Shown here: piece after piece, positions 60,164 to 64,000 of the stretch
Layout of the letters: every line of letters starts with the position of its first letter
Numbering within the stretch: the stretch's first letter is position 1
Origin: Syntrophobacter sp. SbD2
GTDB lineage: Bacteria > Desulfobacterota > Binatia > UBA9968
Assembly (NCBI GenBank): GCA_945889495.1
Contig: CAMDBU010000001.1
Span: 17,877-81,876 of the forward strand
DNA length: 64,000 nucleotides
Reading direction: 5' to 3'
Notes under the pieces: generated by a model
What the model saw: only the letters and a program-made list of their open reading frames with translations
Databases searched by the model: none
Told to the model about the DNA's origin: nothing
Program-made: the position numbers and the translations under genes

Positions 60164-62156
60164 GATTCTTTCCTGTCTGCTTTGCCGGTTTTACGAGGGG
60201 AAGGGCTAATTGTTTTTTGTCTTTGGTACCGCGTTCCGGTTTCGCTTTACTTGTTACCGGTTGGGTCTTCGCCTTGGCTGAAGCGCGGTCACTCGCCAAG
60301 GTCGGTAGCGCCGGCTCGGCAGCCGCCGTTTGCGACGCCGCTGCTTGTGTCATGCTAGGCACTTCTGGCGCGTCGCCCTCGGCGCCTTCGGCGGTGACGA
60401 TGATCGAGTGCGGCAAACCCTCCGGTCCGCTGTCGTGGCCGAGGATCTCGTCGATCTTTGGCCCGCCGGTGCGTTTGGCGGCGATCTTTTGCAGTTGTTC
60501 TTTCAATTTTTCCGTGGCGATCTTGCCGCCTTTCAAGCGGCCGCAGGCTTCGGCGACCTCTTCGATGTAGAGCTCGAAAATATTGCGCCGGCGAAATTCG
60601 TCCTTGGCGCGCTCGCGCCGGCGCAGAAAGACGCCGAGCCGCCGGCCGCACTCTTGGAGCGCCAGTTTGATTTCTTTTCTGATCTCGTCGTAGTCGGCGA
60701 TGGCTTCTTTCGATTCACTGGTAAACGGCACCCACACCGACGCCATATGGACGAAGATCACCATCGGCCCGGCGGGCAGGGCGCCGCGCGATTGGCCGAC
60801 GCCATAGTTGCGCCAGCTGGTGTCGAGCACCGATTTGAATGTCGCGCAGGCCGACTGCTGGTAGAGTAGCGGCACGCGGTTGGCGTAGCGGATCACGCTC
60901 GCCAACTCGTTGTCGTCGTCTCGCTCTTCGCCTTCGGCGAGCGGCATGTTTTGCTCTTTCACTTTCGTCACGTGGTCAGGATGCTTGCCAAAGGCAAGGC
61001 CGGCCTCGATGACGAACGGGTTGCCGCGGTAGACCGCCGGCGGCCGGGTCACGGCGGTGTAAAATTCGCCTTTGATCTGTTTGTACAGGCCATGCAGAAT
61101 CGCGCGCTCGCCGATGGGCGAGAGGCAGTTCGACGGCGGCGCCATGATCTTGGTCGACTGGATCGCTTTGTAAAACGTTTCCGCGGTGGCGCCGTGCAGA
61201 TCGCGCGGTTTTAAGTTCGGCGATAGCTTGGCGGTTTTGCAAATCTCCTGCGCCAAACTCGATGACACCCGGCTAAACTCGCTCGATAGAAAACCCACCA
61301 GCGAATGGCTCTTGGTGTCGTGCAGCATCTTGAGCATCATGCCGAACTCTATTCCGTAGGGATGCGGCTTGATCTCGCGCGGCTGCGGCGGCAGCTCGTC
61401 AATCGTTCTCGGATACTGTTTAATCTCGCCTTCCGGCGTGTGGTAGATGAGCTTCACATGGGGATTGGCGATGGCGGTCTGTTCCAAATATTCGTCCACC
61501 GAAGCGCGGCCTTTTTGATAGCGCCCTTCGATTTCCAAACTGACCTGGGTGCCGCGCTGGTTTTCCCAGTCGATTTTTTTGTTTTCGAAGATGCGCGGCT
61601 CATTCTTTTTCGTATCGATCTGCACTTCGAAATAGTGCGCCGGCGCCTTGGCGCCGGTGCGGGAAATGATCTGCACCGGCTTACCGGTGGTCAGCTGGGC
61701 GTACATGCCGGCGGCGGAAATGCCGATGCCTTGCTGGCCGCGGCTCATGCGCAGGCGATGAAACTTCGAGCCGTAGAGCAGCTTGGCGAAGATCGGTGGG
61801 ATCTGCTGGCGCACGATGCCGGGGCCGTCGTCGATCACCGTGACGCGAAAGCGCGTCGCCTGAGCGGGGGTGGGCATGGCGCCGCCGTTGGCAACCACTG
61901 CCAGCTTGACCGTGACTTCCGGTAGGATGCCGGCCTCTTCGCAAGCGTCGAGAGCGTTGTCGACCGCCTCTTTGATGCAGGTGAGCAGCGCCTTGCGCGG
62001 ACTGTCGAAGCCCAGCAGGTGGCGGTTCTTGGTAAAAAATTCCGAGACGGAAATTTCCCGCTGGCGCGCGCCCATCTCGGCCGCGGTGACGGTTTTTCTC
62101 GGTTCGGCCGGCGCCGGTGCGGCTTCAGCCTCAGCCTTGGGCATAGGTTTAGACAT
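60138..62156 (-). CDS. top6B: DNA topoisomerase VI subunit B (GHKL ATPase), 672 aa with a ~140-aa Ala/Lys/Pro/Thr-rich C-terminal tail.
   Basis: Bergerat-fold motifs CIKEAVDNALDACEE and VIDDGPGI. Transducer region. It overlaps top6A by 26 nt. Confidence 0.85.
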   Translation of the reverse strand: MSKPMPKAEAEAAPAPAEPRKTVTAAEMGARQREISVSEFFTKNRHLLGFDSPRKALLTCIKEAVDNALDACEEAGILPEVTVKLAVVANGGAMPTPAQATRFRVTVIDDGPGIVRQQIPPIFAKLLYGSKFHRLRMSRGQQGIGISAAGMYAQLTTGKPVQIISRTGAKAPAHYFEVQIDTKKNEPRIFENKKIDWENQRGTQVSLEIEGRYQKGRASVDEYLEQTAIANPHVKLIYHTPEGEIKQYPRTIDELPPQPREIKPHPYGIEFGMMLKMLHDTKSHSLVGFLSSEFSRVSSSLAQEICKTAKLSPNLKPRDLHGATAETFYKAIQSTKIMAPPSNCLSPIGERAILHGLYKQIKGEFYTAVTRPPAVYRGNPFVIEAGLAFGKHPDHVTKVKEQNMPLAEGEERDDDNELASVIRYANRVPLLYQQSACATFKSVLDTSWRNYGVGQSRGALPAGPMVIFVHMASVWVPFTSESKEAIADYDEIRKEIKLALQECGRRLGVFLRRRERAKDEFRRRNIFELYIEEVAEACGRLKGGKIATEKLKEQLQKIAAKRTGGPKIDEILGHDSGPEGLPHSIIVTAEGAEGDAPEVPSMTQAAASQTAAAEPALPTLASDRASAKAKTQPVTSKAKPERGTKDKKQLALPLVKPAKQTGKNHGGKKTKK

Positions 62157-62380
62157 CGAGATTTAGTTTCTCCATAGATAAATTGTGCGCCGGAAATCTG
62201 AGACTATTGGGCGGCACGGGGCGCCGCCGTAAACTCTGGTGACGCGATAGTCGAATGCAAAGCCAGGTCAAACGTTCACGCTTCGGAAGGTTGTTGTTCA
62301 CCGCCGATTATAGCAAAGCGGAAAAAGTTGTGAATGGTTGTGGAGAAAATTCTGAAAAAAGTTTCGGCGGTTATTCTCTC

Positions 62381-62572
62381 CGTCCTTCCCGCGTAGGCGG
62401 GAAGGACGGTTTGTTCGAACTCAATAAGATGGATTCCTGCCTGCGCCGGAATGACGGAATAAGAGCGAAGCGCGCGGCTCCATGGTTGTCATCCTGAGCC
62501 AAAGGCGAAGGATCTCGTCTTTGTAAGCTGCAGCCGAGACGAGATTCTCCGCTCACGCTCAGAATGACGTTC
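62381..62572. repeat. REP/MITE-like hairpin cluster, D family.
   Basis: CCGTCCTTCCCGC-GTAG-GCGGGAAGGACGG. GGAATGACGGAAT. GTCATCCTGAGC…GAAGGATCTCGTC // GACGAGATTCTCC…CTCAGAATGAC. It explains spurious ORFs 62371-62556 and 62489-62734. Confidence 0.6.
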
Positions 62573-62585
62573 GGAATGGGGTTCG

Positions 62586-63392
62586 CTAAAAAAACGCGAA
62601 GGCGCGCACTTCGATGCTTTGCCGCGCCGGTGCGCCAGCTGGGGTGTTGGGATCGGCGAAGGAGGTGTGCGGCGTGAAGCGGGCGCAGCCGTCGCGCTGG
62701 GAATCGTAGACTTTGAACACCAACGCTTCGTCACGGCGCATTTCGGGGAAATAGTACCAGCGGTGGCTGGCGTTGTACTTCAAACGATAGGTTTGGCCGA
62801 CCCGGTGCGGGTAGCGGCGCTCGGCGACGACCAAGTCTTCCATCGCCACGCTTTGCGCGTCGGCGAGCGCCAGCGGGTTGGATTGGATCGGCTGATTGAT
62901 CGCGCGCCAAACTTGGATGATCGCGAAGCGCCGAGTCAGCAACTCCTCGGCTTCGTCGGGGAGGAACTCGCGCAGGCGGTTGGGTCCCGACCATTCGGTG
63001 TAATCGTTGTGCGCCGACATGACCGGCTCGCGGATCAGTTTTTCCTCGCGCTCAGCTTCATCGCCGGAGCGCAGGGTGTGATCGAAGATCACCACCCGGG
63101 CGGCGCCGGATTGCCGTTTAATCAGCGCTTCGACTTCGGGGTAGTAAACCGATTCCAGCTGCGGGTTGTCGAAGAAATCGCCAACCTTGGTTTTATGCTC
63201 GACCAGGACGAAGCCGTTGCGTTCGAGTGAGATGTCACCGGTGTGTAACCGGCCATTGCGTAGGGCCATGGCCATCAGTTCGTGAACCCCAGACTTGCGC
63301 CGGCGAATGTTATTCGGCCCGAAGGTTTCGTTGACGAGCTTCTCACCGGTTTCGACGGTGTAAGGAATGCCGGCGTTGAGTTCTTGGTTCAT
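62586..63392 (-). CDS. Hypothetical protein, 268 aa. Possibly a CmcJ/NvfI-like oxidoreductase family member; the call is tentative.
   Basis: Intact ORF with strong codon bias. Its stop overlaps the start of the next gene. Confidence 0.35.
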   Translation of the reverse strand: MNQELNAGIPYTVETGEKLVNETFGPNNIRRRKSGVHELMAMALRNGRLHTGDISLERNGFVLVEHKTKVGDFFDNPQLESVYYPEVEALIKRQSGAARVVIFDHTLRSGDEAEREEKLIREPVMSAHNDYTEWSGPNRLREFLPDEAEELLTRRFAIIQVWRAINQPIQSNPLALADAQSVAMEDLVVAERRYPHRVGQTYRLKYNASHRWYYFPEMRRDEALVFKVYDSQRDGCARFTPHTSFADPNTPAGAPARQSIEVRAFAFF

Positions 63393-64000
63393 TGCCTTAG
63401 TCTCCCTTCGCTACGTAGCTCTTGTTGGGCTTGCTTCAATATCCGGTCGTTGATTACCCGGTCTAGAGAAAACCGTTTGTCGACCAGGCCGGAGCGGTGG
63501 TCGTCGTCGAGCATGGTTTGTATGCCGTCCCAGGCCACCGACATGTCGGCGGCGTAGCCGGGGCTGAATAGATCGTAGGAACGCTGGACGATTTCCGGGT
63601 CGCCCTTCAGGCCGGCGGCGAAGCCGGTCTTGATCGCTTCCTGCTTGTTGAACTTGGCGAACTGCATGCCGAGAATCAGTGCCTTCAGAAATCGCTTGGT
63701 CGTGTCCGGGCTTTTCTCCAGCGTCTCGCCGCGGCTGATGTAGACGCTCTGGGGCACGCGCAGCGCTTCGTTAAAATTGGCGATCATCGGAAAGCCTTTG
63801 TCGAGCAATTTGACCGTGTCTTCGGCGGAGAACGGCGCGGCGGAGATCAGCCCTTTTTCCAGAGCGCTGGCGCGCACCACGGTTTGGCCGATGGAGCGCA
63901 GGGTGACGTCTTTGTCGGGTTCGAGATTGTGGCGTTTGAGAAACAGCCGCACGGTGAAGTCGGAAAACGATCCGGCGCCGGTGATGCCGACGATCTTGCC
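63389..64000 (-). CDS. NMT1/THI5-like substrate-binding protein, C-terminal part. It runs off the 3' end of the window.
   Basis: The frame stays open to base 64000 (…GKIVGITGAGSFSDFTVRLFLK…). The track's M at 63952 is an internal GTG. Confidence 0.55.
   Translation of the reverse strand, partial: GKIVGITGAGSFSDFTVRLFLKRHNLEPDKDVTLRSIGQTVVRASALEKGLISAAPFSAEDTVKLLDKGFPMIANFNEALRVPQSVYISRGETLEKSPDTTKRFLKALILGMQFAKFNKQEAIKTGFAAGLKGDPEIVQRSYDLFSPGYAADMSVAWDGIQTMLDDDHRSGLVDKRFSLDRVINDRILKQAQQELRSEGRLRQ

Noticed and set aside
61305-61925. Plus-strand ORFs inside the top6B region (206 aa and others).
   Set aside because: They are antisense to Top6B, which has clear GHKL motifs.

Overview
This is a high-GC (about 63-66%) chromosomal segment from a Gram-negative bacterium. 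From sequence alone it cannot be placed more precisely than a Rokubacteria-, NC10- or Deltaproteobacteria-like soil organism. No rRNA, tRNA, CRISPR array, transposase or integrase was recognised, and coding density is high on both strands.

**Core genes**
- A 5'-truncated cobalamin-dependent methionine synthase, metH (1-2898).
- purM and purN, followed by a gene for a lysyl-phosphatidylglycerol-synthase-like membrane protein that overlaps the purN stop codon.
- tatA, a DegP/HtrA protease, ettA, and two mgtE paralogues.
- One complete NitT/TauT-type ABC transporter, with permease, substrate-binding protein and ATPase (14928-17611).

**Accessory content**
- Orphan periplasmic substrate-binding proteins are unusually frequent. 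There are seven NMT1/THI5-like proteins plus a partial one at the window end, two of the PF04392 type, two ferric-type, and one family-5 peptide/nickel type.
- Ring-cleavage and aromatic catabolism genes: two bicupin (gentisate-1,2-dioxygenase-like) paralogues, a glutathione S-transferase zeta-class maleylacetoacetate/maleylpyruvate isomerase, two phthalate-family Rieske oxygenase alpha subunits, a formamidase, an isochorismatase-like hydrolase, short-chain dehydrogenases and an alpha/beta hydrolase.
- A Phd/ParE toxin-antitoxin pair in a lower-GC islet.
- A zeta-toxin-like P-loop kinase translationally coupled to a 52-aa basic ORF.
- An orphan DUF2235 (Tle1-like) lipase-family protein.

**Observations worth a second look**
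- A tandemly duplicated module of a ~250-aa protein with three conserved His motifs plus a 2x[4Fe-4S] ferredoxin (48286-50394), bracketed by direct copies of a GC-rich hairpin repeat.
- An archaeal-type DNA topoisomerase VI operon, top6B-top6A (59057-62156).
- Intergenic space is densely populated by several distinct families of hairpin-forming REP/MITE-like repeats. One family, sharing the core CACGAA(A/G)GGCACGAA, has five copies of which the full ACCACGAAAAACACGAAAGGCACGAA form recurs three times. There are also D-family GTCATyCTGAGC / GGGAATCCAG hairpin elements; CTTTGCG heptad arrays; two copies of a 20-bp perfect palindrome; and GGCGGGTTTTAAACCCGCC twice. These explain most of the short spurious ORFs in the track.
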